Shown here: positions 19,276 to 28,823 of the stretch, piece by piece
Layout: every line of letters starts with the position of its first letter
How positions within the stretch are numbered: the first letter of the stretch is position 1
The notes under the pieces: generated by a model
The model's input: the letters and a program-made list of their open reading frames with translations, nothing else
What the model was told of the DNA's origin: nothing
Database searches by the model: none
Translations under genes and position numbers: made by a program
Source: a bacterium
GTDB lineage: Bacteria; Bacteroidota; Ignavibacteria; UBA10030
DNA length: 64,000 nt
Direction of reading: 5' to 3'
Assembly: GCA_043803945.1 (NCBI GenBank)
Contig: JAZDJN010000018.1
Location: 1-64,000 of the forward strand

Positions 19276-20808
19276 CTATAGAACGGACTTGATGCTCTGG
19301 CAAAACTGGAGAAGATCGCTTCCCGCGATATCTGGAAGAGACATGGAAGCCAGAATTCGAAAGATCCTTCTCGTACTCTTGAGTTCACCTTTCCACCAGT
19401 CTTCATTGTGAAGCTTGTCTGCAAGTTGACGCCAAGGTGGAACATCGGGATTAATTTTCTCGAGTTGACTTGGGACGATCGAACCGAAGGCCGCGCGAAC
19501 TGCAGCCAGTGTATAGTAGTTCTCTAAGCAGTACCTTGAAAGTTGTATCGGGATTAAACCAATCTTACGGCAATTCGCTATGAATGCATTCTGCGCGGCA
19601 GTGTTGCTGGTGTCAAGATCCAACAACGCGAAGGTGTTTCGAATCTGAACAAATGGAGTAGGGTCGAAATACATCATCATTGATCCAGCAAGAAAGACAT
19701 GAGAAACTGAGGCGCTACGGGATGCTCCTAACCAGTTCCTTACGATATAGTCTATGACAAGCAAATCTGTTTTACCCTCGGTAATGAGAACTGCGTCCGA
19801 GGTCAGGTTATCAATGGCGAGGACTCCAATGTTAGATAAAGCATCTGCACGGCTGGTGTTGTCGTCAATTGTTATCTCACCATTGTCGTATTTGCAGAAG
19901 TATATTCGATCGACCAGATCTGGATTTAGAAAGACGGGCGAGTGGGTCGAAAGAATAAACTGCCGATCTTCAACTGAGTTCAAGAATGAGAGTAGTTTCC
20001 GTTGGAGGTCCGGATGCAAGTGGTTTTCTGGCTCCTCGACAAGCAACAACTGGTTATCACCGTCGAGCGAATAAAGAAGAATTGACAATAGCTCAGGGAG
20101 TCCGAGCCCTTCATTTTGTGCAGGAATCCAGGGACCGCCAATTTTTCTGAACTGTAATTGAATGCCTGGCGGGTGGCGATCCCTGAGCATCTGAATGTCA
20201 AACTCGTTTCCGGTGATGTCGCAAAAACTCGAATGGATTCGGTCGAAGACGAGTCTCTCAGCAGTATCTGGCATTTGGTTCTTCAGATAGAACAGACGGG
20301 ACAATGCGTTTGCGGCCTCAGAGTCCAGGTTTTCCATTGGGTGTGCTTCAGTCTCAGGTGGCAGCCTCCTTTTTGGAGATAGAAGCAGAGGCTTACCGCC
20401 TTCGATCACATGGGAAATTAGTGCGTGTGCAATGCGTTTGGCGTCAATATCAAGACCATATGTCCTCACGAGGGATGTCTGTTTGCACTCGTCGACTAAG
20501 GCCAAGGCCTTGGACTCAGAACTACAGAAGAGTATCTCGCCATCTAGACGGTGCATTATTTTGGCTACCCAATCGTCAATTTCGTGCCGAGAGGGTTGAG
20601 CGTAGTTTGCGATTTGGCCACGTACAACGGATTCTGTCTTGGGCGACTGTTGGTACGTGACTCCAATATCGGTGTATTCAACTATCTTTCTGAGGATGGT
20701 CGATTTACCGCTAGAATTTCTTCCGGTGATAATGTTGACTTTGCCCAAGTCTAAGAGAGTCTGGGATTTTATCACCGGAGATGAGTCGACATGCAGGTGT
20801 TGAATCAT
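19276..20808 (-). CDS. OLD-family nuclease: N-terminal ABC-type ATPase (Walker A GRNSSGKST; Walker B/D-loop LLLVEEPENHLHP) and C-terminal Toprim domain (ITEGKTD … LLDLDTS).
   Basis: 510 aa. The P-loop, ABC signature-like region and Toprim glutamate/DxD motifs were all read directly. Confidence 0.65.
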   Translation of the reverse strand: MIQHLHVDSSPVIKSQTLLDLGKVNIITGRNSSGKSTILRKIVEYTDIGVTYQQSPKTESVVRGQIANYAQPSRHEIDDWVAKIMHRLDGEILFCSSESKALALVDECKQTSLVRTYGLDIDAKRIAHALISHVIEGGKPLLLSPKRRLPPETEAHPMENLDSEAANALSRLFYLKNQMPDTAERLVFDRIHSSFCDITGNEFDIQMLRDRHPPGIQLQFRKIGGPWIPAQNEGLGLPELLSILLYSLDGDNQLLLVEEPENHLHPDLQRKLLSFLNSVEDRQFILSTHSPVFLNPDLVDRIYFCKYDNGEITIDDNTSRADALSNIGVLAIDNLTSDAVLITEGKTDLLVIDYIVRNWLGASRSASVSHVFLAGSMMMYFDPTPFVQIRNTFALLDLDTSNTAAQNAFIANCRKIGLIPIQLSRYCLENYYTLAAVRAAFGSIVPSQLEKINPDVPPWRQLADKLHNEDWWKGELKSTRRIFRILASMSLPDIAGSDLLQFCQSIKSVL

Positions 20809-21011
20809 GATGTTGTGTTTCGTTCTTGATGGTAGATCCGATTTAGATTAACTATCCTTATTTAGATTTCATTTCGACATAACCAAATGAGCGCCTGCCC
20901 GCCATCTTACTGGGCGGGAGCCTGAACACCGAAACGAAGTGTAGGCGGGCGTCGCAAGCACGATTCCTGTTAGCTGGCGTTTGAAGTACACAGCTCGAGA
21001 CATAAAATGTA

Positions 21012-21476
21012 TTAGCGAGCACGAGTAAGCGCGAGTGATATTAGATTCATGGTTATCTGACTGTATTGCATCAGGAAACTCTGTGCTTCATCTAGTTTGT
21101 CGTATCCGAGGGTATTGAAAATGTAATGTACGTGTTCTGAAAATAGCTTTTGTATGCGGAGATCAGGGCTGTAATTCTGAAAAAGTGCTGTGGAAACATG
21201 GGCAGCACATTTTACCATTTCGAGCTCAGGGCTATCTTCGATGAACTCAACCTTGCATTGCAAATAAAGACGCGCATCGAATATAGCCTTAAGCTCATCA
21301 GCTGGCATAACCGAACCAAAGAGATAGCAATCGATCCGCCCTTCGTTTGCGCGATTCACTGGGATAAGTGAATTACAAAGATTCCTGGATAAGAGATCAG
21401 TAGCGATCTGACGCGATAACTGCATAATCTCTGAAGCAGATGCGCTGTCAAGAAATATTTTCACAATCGTATTCAT
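21012..21476 (-). CDS. Hypothetical 154-aa cytoplasmic protein. It lies between the 281-aa gene and the OLD gene.
   Basis: ORF lying 12 bp downstream of the 281-aa ORF. No motif was recognised. Confidence 0.4.
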   Translation of the reverse strand: MNTIVKIFLDSASASEIMQLSRQIATDLLSRNLCNSLIPVNRANEGRIDCYLFGSVMPADELKAIFDARLYLQCKVEFIEDSPELEMVKCAAHVSTALFQNYSPDLRIQKLFSEHVHYIFNTLGYDKLDEAQSFLMQYSQITMNLISLALTRAR

Positions 21477-21488
21477 TTTGATGTTAGC

Positions 21489-22334
21489 TCAATATTGAGG
21501 TTTGGGGGGCTTAATTTTGGAGTATATATGTCCGGTCGCGTAATCATAGAACCAGACTTCCAGAAGTCGTATGTGTAGATTGTAGGTTTGATTGAACCGC
21601 TCAGACGGATTTCGAAACGTCGCACGATGATAATATACATGTGTAGACACGTAGGGTTGGATTGGGACACCTATAAACATTGCGCTAATAGAAGCGCGTT
21701 TGGATCTTGCTTCTTGAGGTGACATGTGAAGACGAAGCAAAAAACACTGCTCGTAGTCTCCCTCTAATGAATCTATTGGTAACTTATCAAGATCAGACAA
21801 TACAAGATCATAGGACATGCTTTCAGTAGAATTGATAGTAACTTTTGCTCCAAATGCATTCGTGGCGGTATATGGTGATATGTTCTTCGATTCAAAAACC
21901 CAGGTGATTGACTTATGATCTGGTGTACTGTCACTGCTGGCTGATGAAAGGATGCACTTTACCGTAAGTATCTGTTGATCTGCATCGTAAGACGGATGAA
22001 CTCGAAAAGCACGAAAAGCCAGGGTACTATTGAAATTGTATGAGCCGAGAATAGGCTTTGCAAGTTCAGCGTGAATCCTTTCGTTAAAATGCACGGTGGT
22101 TTCGAATTCGTCCTTTATCGTTTTTTGAAATCGCTTATCGATAATAGTATAAAGTTGCTTCAAATTGTGTCCATTGAATTTGGGTGGTAGCTTCGAGAGC
22201 GACGTATCAAAAGTCATTGTGGAATATTTCGAAGCTATATTGGCGAAACGTGACTGAGAGTGTGCAAGCAGGTGATATGTACATACGAACACTATCAGGA
22301 TTCCAGATTGTAATGCAAGAACTGATCGTCGCAT
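21489..22334 (-). CDS. Hypothetical 281-aa exported or membrane-anchored protein.
   Basis: N-terminal hydrophobic segment (GILIVFVCTYHLLA). No family was recognised. Confidence 0.4.
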   Translation of the reverse strand: MRRSVLALQSGILIVFVCTYHLLAHSQSRFANIASKYSTMTFDTSLSKLPPKFNGHNLKQLYTIIDKRFQKTIKDEFETTVHFNERIHAELAKPILGSYNFNSTLAFRAFRVHPSYDADQQILTVKCILSSASSDSTPDHKSITWVFESKNISPYTATNAFGAKVTINSTESMSYDLVLSDLDKLPIDSLEGDYEQCFLLRLHMSPQEARSKRASISAMFIGVPIQPYVSTHVYYHRATFRNPSERFNQTYNLHIRLLEVWFYDYATGHIYSKIKPPKPQY

Positions 22335-22503
22335 TTATGGTCCTTGGTCGATTTTATTATCTATGTGAAAACCTTCCACTGCAAATGCCAGCTACGGCAA
22401 TTACGCACTGCGTCTTTGCACAATCCGTGGAGAGAAAAAACTCGGAGCATGTATTTCTTCTCCATGATGACATGGACGCCTCAATGTGCTTGGTGTATGT
22501 TAG

Positions 22504-22576
22504 TAGATCGAATCTCTTCGGTTACGAAGGCGGTGCCTTCTCTCGGTGTGCATCATCCAACCAGTTCCCCCATCTA
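22504..22576. repeat. Copy A (5' core only, ~70 bp) of a recurring non-coding element: tagatcgaatctcttcggttacgaaggcggtgccttctctcggtgtgcatcatccaaccagttcccccatc.
   Basis: About 90% identical to the first 70 bp of the copies at 23335 and 29022. It abuts the methyltransferase stop codon and lies 170 bp 5' of the 281-aa gene. Confidence 0.8.
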
Positions 22577-23257
22577 GCGGGAAACCATCTCACAAAAGAG
22601 GCTCGATTCATCTACTTCAACTATTGTCGTATTTACTCTAAGCCCTGTGGTGAGCGCAAGGAAACGATCTCGTCCTATTGTGGAAGCTGTAAATCCATCC
22701 TTGCAAACGATCAGCCCGTTCCCGGTCTTGTCAAAGTCGATTTCTCCCACGAGTCCGACCTCCGATTGTCGACGAAACCATTCGAGCCGGTATTCCCAGA
22801 ACTTGTCCGAGTAGCTTGAGAACAGGATGGTTCCGCCATGCCTGGCCACTCGAATGCTCTCCCGGAGAAGATGTTCCTGGTCGGCGTGGAAAGCCGATAC
22901 CCCGTTCTGGATGCAGATGACAACATCAAAAATTCCATCACGAAAAGAAAGCTGTGCCGCATCCATTTGGATCAAGAAACAGTTTGATGTACCGGGGAGT
23001 GATTCCTGACCATGCAGCAAACTGGAAATGGAGGTATCAATTCCCACAACCCATCGAGCTTTTTTGGCGAGTGAAGGAATTATCCGTCCGTAGCCACATC
23101 CTAATTCAAGCACCAGGTCGACTGCTCTGATCCTGTCGAGAACAAAGTTGAGCTCTGCCTCAAGATATTGTTTAACACGTTGCGGGGCAATGTCGTAGCA
23201 ACATTGCAGCCGTTCTGCGGAGAGTCTCTCAATGTAGTAATCATTCATACGACTCAT
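22574..23257 (-). CDS. Class I SAM-dependent methyltransferase (small-molecule type).
   Basis: 227 aa. Motif I is LELGCGYG and the post-I acidic residue is GIDTS. No DPPY/NPPW DNA-methyltransferase motif is present. Confidence 0.75.
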   Translation of the reverse strand: MSRMNDYYIERLSAERLQCCYDIAPQRVKQYLEAELNFVLDRIRAVDLVLELGCGYGRIIPSLAKKARWVVGIDTSISSLLHGQESLPGTSNCFLIQMDAAQLSFRDGIFDVVICIQNGVSAFHADQEHLLRESIRVARHGGTILFSSYSDKFWEYRLEWFRRQSEVGLVGEIDFDKTGNGLIVCKDGFTASTIGRDRFLALTTGLRVNTTIVEVDESSLFCEMVSR

Positions 23258-23334
23258 TTCTCACAACGTCTGTGTTCGCTGTTTTAAGACGGGGATGCCC
23301 GGTTGATCATAAATACGCTGTTGTCTTTTAATAG

Positions 23335-23568
23335 ATTACATCCATTCGGTTGCGAAGGGAGAACCTTCTCTCGGTGTGCATCATCCAACCCGTTCCCCCA
23401 TTAAACGATACATGATACTCTGCAACGTTAGCAGAATTGGGGGAGATTGTCAAGAAAATAGAAAAGGAGAAGCATGAAGTAGAAAGATTACAGAAGGCAG
23501 ATTGCAGCAAGCAGACCGTAGAAAGCAATGTCCGCCACACTTTTTGGCGGAGACATGAAGTGTGAAGC
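23335..23568. repeat. Copy B (full length, ~235 bp) of the recurring element. The 5' core is followed by a ccagttccccca/tgggggag long-range pairing, the motif agtagaaagattacagaaggcagattgcagcaagcagaccgtagaaagc, and the hairpin tccgcc-acacttttt-ggcgga.
   Basis: About 90% identical to 29022-29258 over its full length. It lies 78 bp 5' of the methyltransferase gene. Confidence 0.85.
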
Positions 23569-23702
23569 GGGTAGATGGATGCTCAACCTTGCCTGTCACA
23601 GACGCCAGGAATATACCTTGTCTCTTTCCCCTCTTGTCATGCCAGCGTAGGCTGGCATCCAGATAAAGGGCACTATAAAAGAAATCTTTTACAAAAACAT
23701 AT

Positions 23703-23746
23703 CCGGATTCCGGCTGCCTCGCGGGCGGGCCGGAATGACATTTTTT
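23703..23746. repeat. REP-like hairpin ggattccggc-tgcctcgcgggcgg-gccggaatgac followed by TTTTTT. It is the same family as 17986-18052 and 44646-44676, in inverted orientation. It could act as a terminator.
   Basis: Direct reading. The shared stems are GTCATTCCGGC and GCCGGAATCC. Confidence 0.55.
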
Positions 23747-23864
23747 CTCTTTCCCGTTCCCCAATTGAGAACGCCGTGTGAAAGGCTCCACTTTACATAT
23801 CTAAAGAATATTCCACGTCCGATATTTGTTCGGAAAAACAGTATAGAGAGAATTCGAAAAGCAC

Positions 23865-25493
23865 TTATTTCTGAATACTCTTTTCCTCTCCCTGAGCGAC
23901 CACTCTCATCGGCTGCTGCCTGTTACCAAGCTCCGTTGTTATTTCATAGACAAGCTGTGTGAGCTTTTGCATCTTCTCGAAATCGATATTCTCCGCATCG
24001 TCTGTAGGACGGTGAAGGTCATCGTGCCGGCCGGAAAAGAAAAATGCAACGGGTATGCCCTGCCGGTGGAAGCTCATATGATCGCTTCCAGCCATCGAAC
24101 GATCCTCCGAATCGAAATCAAGCGGCCAGTTCACCGTGACACTGTTGACGCTGTCAATCAACCTTCTCAACTCCGGATTCGTTTTGTCCGATCCGATCAC
24201 GTAATGCCTTCGCGATTGCTGGGACCCGGGGTCCGAGCGGCCAATCATATCGAGATTCACATTTACAGTAATGTTCTTTACGGGGAAAGGGCAGTTGGCA
24301 ACAAAATATCGTGAACCAAGAAGCCCCGACTCTTCCGCCGTGTACAAGCAGAAGAGCACCGGCCTCCGCGGCGGCTTCTGAGCAATAGCTTTTGCAACTT
24401 CGAGTACACCGATGCTTCCGCTTGCATTGTCGTCGGCACCGTTGCAGATCTGCCCATTGAGCGACTTCACATGGTCGAGGTGAGCGCCAAGCGTTATATA
24501 TTCATTCGCAACGGCACCGTCCCTTCCTGGAACCATGCCCACAACATTCATGCTCTCAAATTCTTCACCGGCGGTTTTCAATCCAAGACTGATTTTTACA
24601 TCAGCCAGATCGAAGGATTGATATCCCTTCAATCCTTCTTTTTCAATATCATGCGGATTATACCGCTGGTTGCTAAACAGTGTTTTTACGAGCGTTCCTT
24701 TTATTATTCCAATCATCGCGGGACCCGGCGGAAGCGTAAGCGGTTGATCCTTTGGTTTAGAGACAATCTGCAGTGTGTTGAATGCATCGTTCAACATGTT
24801 CCATTGTGCCGTATGTTCTGTATCGGCGATCACGAATACCGCAGCAGGCATGTTCTGCCGGAAGAAGGGGCTCGAGAGAATTTTTTTGCGGGTCCCCATG
24901 AGTGAGGCATAACTGTTCTGCACGCTGTCAGGAAAGATGTTTTTACCGTCGCGTCGCGGTGCTCCCATCAGAAGCAGAACAACCTTCCCTTTAACCTCCA
25001 CATTCTGAAGATCATTCCAGCCATAATCGGGCTCAGAAATACCGTATCCGACAAACACGGCAGGGATATTCGTCAGGGATGGCCCGCGTGCCTGAAGCCT
25101 GAGGTCTTCGAGCGTCTGGAACACTCTCTCACCGGCTGCCGTTGTAATCGTCAGCGGTTCATCAACGACTGTTCTTACCTTCACAAGCGGCACCATCTGG
25201 AAATAGGTCTCGTTGCCATTGGCATCTTTGATGACCGGTTTTACTCCGGCTGCTTTCAATTGATCTGCGGTGTACTGTGCAGCGATTGTAAATCCTCTGT
25301 CGTCGGGGCGGCGGCCGCCGAGCGAATCGGCGGCAAGAATGAACATATGCTTTTTCAGTTCCTGCAGTGTGATCGTGCTGGCTTTCGACTGAGCATTCAA
25401 CGCCTGGAAGGGGACAAGGATTATCACAAGCAGAATCGCCATCAGCGATATGCTTCCCAGGGTTGTTGTCAACCTAAATTTTCGATTGCACAT
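23865..25493 (-). CDS. M28-family peptidase with a PA (protease-associated) domain, secreted.
   Basis: ATG at 25493 preceded by aggagg. Signal peptide present. The zinc aminopeptidase motifs HLDH and NGADDNASG, plus ES and a distal H, are typical of M28. Confidence 0.75.
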   Translation of the reverse strand: MCNRKFRLTTTLGSISLMAILLVIILVPFQALNAQSKASTITLQELKKHMFILAADSLGGRRPDDRGFTIAAQYTADQLKAAGVKPVIKDANGNETYFQMVPLVKVRTVVDEPLTITTAAGERVFQTLEDLRLQARGPSLTNIPAVFVGYGISEPDYGWNDLQNVEVKGKVVLLLMGAPRRDGKNIFPDSVQNSYASLMGTRKKILSSPFFRQNMPAAVFVIADTEHTAQWNMLNDAFNTLQIVSKPKDQPLTLPPGPAMIGIIKGTLVKTLFSNQRYNPHDIEKEGLKGYQSFDLADVKISLGLKTAGEEFESMNVVGMVPGRDGAVANEYITLGAHLDHVKSLNGQICNGADDNASGSIGVLEVAKAIAQKPPRRPVLFCLYTAEESGLLGSRYFVANCPFPVKNITVNVNLDMIGRSDPGSQQSRRHYVIGSDKTNPELRRLIDSVNSVTVNWPLDFDSEDRSMAGSDHMSFHRQGIPVAFFFSGRHDDLHRPTDDAENIDFEKMQKLTQLVYEITTELGNRQQPMRVVAQGEEKSIQK

Positions 25494-25859
25494 GGTGAAT
25501 CCTCCTGACATGGTATGGATGATTGGGGCCGATACTATGAATAGGCGCGTCGTTCTATTAAATAGAATACGCTGTCTCCTAAGACGGGTTTTCAAATGGG
25601 TAAGTTTCAAGGACGCCGGGTGAGGAGGATAGATGGTACAGAACCACGGTTCAGCGGTACAAAGTGGCGGTGTTTTTCTCGTTCTTGACATTTCTCGTTC
25701 CCAAACTCCGTTTGGGAACGCAGACTGAAAAGCTCTGCTTTACCAATCAAACAGCTAATTGTTACTTATGTTCAGAATAATACAGGCGGAGCTTGATAGG
25801 CATCATTTAATAGCAGAGTGTTTGCGCGAGAGAAATAATGGAGGTCGTATTATTTGTTT

Positions 25860-26075
25860 TTCTACCTTGTTCCTTCCCTTGGCAAACTTTTTCCATTGTT
25901 GTAGCATCTCCATTGTTTAGAGATGTCTGGATAAATGATGTAGATATCGTCAAATAGTGCCTATCACAGGCTTTTCGTTTTGCCGATAGTTGATAAGTTT
26001 AGTTCTTCTGTTGGGTCTTGAGTCTTGTCATGAGAATGGGGTATCCACAAATGTTCTTCCTGACTACAATTGCAG
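25860..26075 (-). pseudogene. Degraded partial copy of the 5' region and first ~60 codons of the 18277-18699 gene. It carries a premature stop at codon 7.
   Basis: About 75% nucleotide identity to 18540-18735, including the upstream non-coding stretch. The frame is interrupted by TGA. Confidence 0.6.
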
Positions 26076-26111
26076 ATAATACAAAGCTTTACAACGTGGC
26101 TGTGCTATCAG

Positions 26112-26894
26112 TTAGGCAACATCAAGCCTAAGCGCTAACTGGGTTAGGGCAAGACCACCCAGGTACCATATGCCCATTTCTCTTGCATATGCTTTTGCTA
26201 ATGGATGAAAATCTGAGGTCGTCCAAAATGCAAAAACAATTGGTTGAAGAGAGCCGACCTTCGAAGCATATGTTCTCTTAAGCAAAAAGGCCCTTCTTGT
26301 CGCTGATCCAATAAATTCTCGAACGTCTTTCTCGGTGATGTTATTTCCTGTTGCATATCGCTTAGCCTGACCAATTACTACTGCAAAAGCACCAGACGGT
26401 GCAGGACCGAAACGTGATAATGGAAGTTCGAAGCCAGTGAAATCAACTCCCTGATCATATGGTCCGCCCTCAACAATCGCCTTCGCACCAAGGGAATCAA
26501 GAATTCGTTTACAGAAATGTTCAAACTCTATTGGGGATCCTTTTTGAAGTTGGTTAAGAAGAATAATCTCGGGCCTATCGAGAATTTTGAAGTGTGTTGT
26601 AGAACCTTCGAGCGTAACAATAAATCGTGCTGTAATTCCGTCTGTGAGATTTTGATTAGTGATTGCATCGAGTTCGTGCACAATAAATGGCTCGATATGC
26701 TCAGATAATTCCGAGATTTCTTCAATAGATTTGCTAATTAATTTTGTACTCAAGGTTTCAAAAATAACGTTTCTCAATGATTTAAATTCTGTGTTTGAAG
26801 CCTGATCTGAAATCCAGAGTGCAACATCTTGGGGTCTAGGATCAGCCATACTATTCTCCAATAAGTCGTATTCTGTCTTCGAATACTCTCTCAA
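26112..26894 (-). CDS. Mrr-like restriction endonuclease domain protein. The C-terminus has PD-(D/E)xK features (GGPYDQGVDFTGFE … VVIGQAKRY). The N-terminal ~130 aa are of unknown function.
   Basis: 260 aa. The motifs resemble the Mrr catalytic domain. It overlaps the upstream ParB-like gene by 44 bp. Confidence 0.55.
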   Translation of the reverse strand: MREYSKTEYDLLENSMADPRPQDVALWISDQASNTEFKSLRNVIFETLSTKLISKSIEEISELSEHIEPFIVHELDAITNQNLTDGITARFIVTLEGSTTHFKILDRPEIILLNQLQKGSPIEFEHFCKRILDSLGAKAIVEGGPYDQGVDFTGFELPLSRFGPAPSGAFAVVIGQAKRYATGNNITEKDVREFIGSATRRAFLLKRTYASKVGSLQPIVFAFWTTSDFHPLAKAYAREMGIWYLGGLALTQLALRLDVA

Positions 26895-27960
26895 TTCGAT
26901 TTTTCAGAGAAGTCAAAGCAGCAATATCTTCTTCGCTTAGAGATCGTAATGAATCGGGCGATAGGGTTGCTAATACCGCTTGAGCCTGAATAATGGTTGG
27001 TTGCCAATCTTCTTGATGTTCAGCTTCAAATCGACCAAGCGCTCTTTCAATAGTACCGCCTTGAGAGCGAAATAGTGCCATTGCAACTTCATCATCAATA
27101 AATATTCCAAGTGATCTAACGCTTTTTGCTTCAGGCAGTTTGGGATCTCCTAACTCACCGTCATCGTCAGGTTCTCCAACCATCCAACTATAAAACTCTC
27201 TGAGATGAGAAGCGTTAGTAAAACGTCGTTCGTTGTCGCTCCAACTGAGCCATTCGCGTACGTTCGCTCGTTTGAAAACTTCTTCGAAATAACTATACTT
27301 ACGTGGAATAGCATATTCACTAAACTCATCATCTGCTTGCATTTGCTCGAGTGCTAGGTACGATCTCCAAAGTTGATTCGCTGTACGAGTAGAGAGTCCT
27401 AAACTTTGGCCAGCTTCCTGTGGACCTACACCTGCTTCACGTAATACGTGAACTGTACGAGCCTTTTGATAAGCACCCCATTCTTTGATACCTGATACAT
27501 GTCGTAATCCAGGAAGAATCCACTTTGCTGAGTCTGGTGCTTGATTGTCGTCGAGGACAAGAACTTCTAGATCGGTAAAATTGATAATTTGTTCGTCATC
27601 AAATGTTTCTCTACCTGTCTCGTGAAGTTCGATTAGCCATTTAAGGGCCGAAATTCTCCTATTGCCTTCGATGACAACAAATTTTTGTGCGTCGGGATTG
27701 CCGTGCCATGGACGCACAACAATTCTATCCATTGGAAGAAATCCTAGAGTTTTTATTGTATCTCTAAGCTCCGTGACTTCAAAATTCCCGCTTTTCATCC
27801 TCTCAAATGTATCACGCTGTACTCTATCCTCTGAAAATCGAATCTCTGGAACCACATCAACTGGTTCACCAAGCTCAGCAAAACGTGGATTGTTAGGATC
27901 CAATAACAGAGTATTTAAATTAACGCGTCTTGGTATCATAAGGCTATAAAGATTTTGCAT
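26851..27960 (-). CDS. ParB/Srx-like nuclease-domain protein (N-terminus) with an HTH-like segment and a C-terminal extension.
   Basis: 369 aa. VIEGNRRISALKWL fits the ParB N-terminal GxxRxxA box. GQSLGLSTRTANQLWR is HTH-like. Confidence 0.5.
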   Translation of the reverse strand: MQNLYSLMIPRRVNLNTLLLDPNNPRFAELGEPVDVVPEIRFSEDRVQRDTFERMKSGNFEVTELRDTIKTLGFLPMDRIVVRPWHGNPDAQKFVVIEGNRRISALKWLIELHETGRETFDDEQIINFTDLEVLVLDDNQAPDSAKWILPGLRHVSGIKEWGAYQKARTVHVLREAGVGPQEAGQSLGLSTRTANQLWRSYLALEQMQADDEFSEYAIPRKYSYFEEVFKRANVREWLSWSDNERRFTNASHLREFYSWMVGEPDDDGELGDPKLPEAKSVRSLGIFIDDEVAMALFRSQGGTIERALGRFEAEHQEDWQPTIIQAQAVLATLSPDSLRSLSEEDIAALTSLKNRIERVFEDRIRLIGE

Positions 27961-28124
27961 AATGTTCCTCTAATAAATTGTGAGTATTAATAAATTCTTT
28001 TGAGCACACCGTCAAATAACGTCTGGCACAAATTCAATAATATTATTATTCACAAAGTGACCCTCGGTGATGCATTTGTTAGAAAGCGTTTGCGAGTCAA
28101 CGCTCTGATAATTATTTCCCCTTC

Positions 28125-28823
28125 TCACTTTACTTTCCCGTGGTGATATCGCTGCCACGGTGTCTCTTTTGTGAGTTTATGAAGATGAGCGGCAACCCGG
28201 TTGTTTGAAATAACTGCTAAACGTATAATAAAGCCAAGATGATATTTAATTACTGACTTGTGAACCCTCTTCGTGGTTGAAACACGATGTGCAATACTGC
28301 CTCTCAAAGTAATTAGATCTGAAAGTTTCTTCTGTGACTTTTGAAAAGTCATATTAAACCAGTGCCAGTTTTCAGACAAACGTGAATAGCCAATGAGGTT
28401 CTCAAATAGGTGGTCGATCATATCGGCGCGAGGTGTATTAAAATTGTTAATGTACCGTCCAAGAGTCTCTTCCTTATGATCATTTAAGATTTTGATCCAA
28501 CCTTTTCCAGCTAGCTTCCAAACCAAGCGCTCATCAGCAGCAGATTTCAATTCTTTCGAAGCTAAGACTAAAATCTTGCTTGGGAATACATCGGGTTTCT
28601 TGGCTTTTACTAAAAGAAATTCAAAAGCAGCCTTACCGAGATCCTCAATATAGGCTTCCCAACATGCAACCAGAAGTACTACACAACTTTTATTGATTAC
28701 TTCAACCTTAGATTTATAGCCAGGCTTTTTCCCAGATATCTGCTCATGGATATCAAGCAGCCTCCTTACTTCTTTTAGATTCTGGCGAAGGTTCTCTATG
28801 TGGGTGATGTGCTTGCTTATCAT
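28125..28823 (-). CDS. Candidate HEPN-domain protein (abortive-infection-like), with an R-x4-H-R motif (LRGSIAHRVS).
   Basis: 232 aa, all-alpha-like composition. The Rx4H motif lies in the C-terminal third. The call rests on the motif only. Confidence 0.35.
   Translation of the reverse strand: MISKHITHIENLRQNLKEVRRLLDIHEQISGKKPGYKSKVEVINKSCVVLLVACWEAYIEDLGKAAFEFLLVKAKKPDVFPSKILVLASKELKSAADERLVWKLAGKGWIKILNDHKEETLGRYINNFNTPRADMIDHLFENLIGYSRLSENWHWFNMTFQKSQKKLSDLITLRGSIAHRVSTTKRVHKSVIKYHLGFIIRLAVISNNRVAAHLHKLTKETPWQRYHHGKVK

Noticed and set aside
17944-20808. Retron (structured ncRNA plus OLD effector)
   Set aside because: No reverse-transcriptase gene or YxDD-containing ORF was found in or near the locus.
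22574-23257. The SAM methyltransferase as the modification subunit of a restriction–modification system with the nearby nucleases
   Set aside because: It has no DPPY/NPPY/NPPW catalytic motif or target-recognition domain. It looks like a small-molecule class-I methyltransferase and is separated from the nucleases by other genes.
23328-23540. Conserved 70-aa ORFs (MWRTLLSTVCLLQSAF…) inside both full copies of the 235-bp element (also 29023-29232)
   Set aside because: They start at GTG inside a hairpin. Differences between the copies cause mostly non-synonymous changes with no third-position bias, so conservation is at the DNA or RNA level rather than the protein level.
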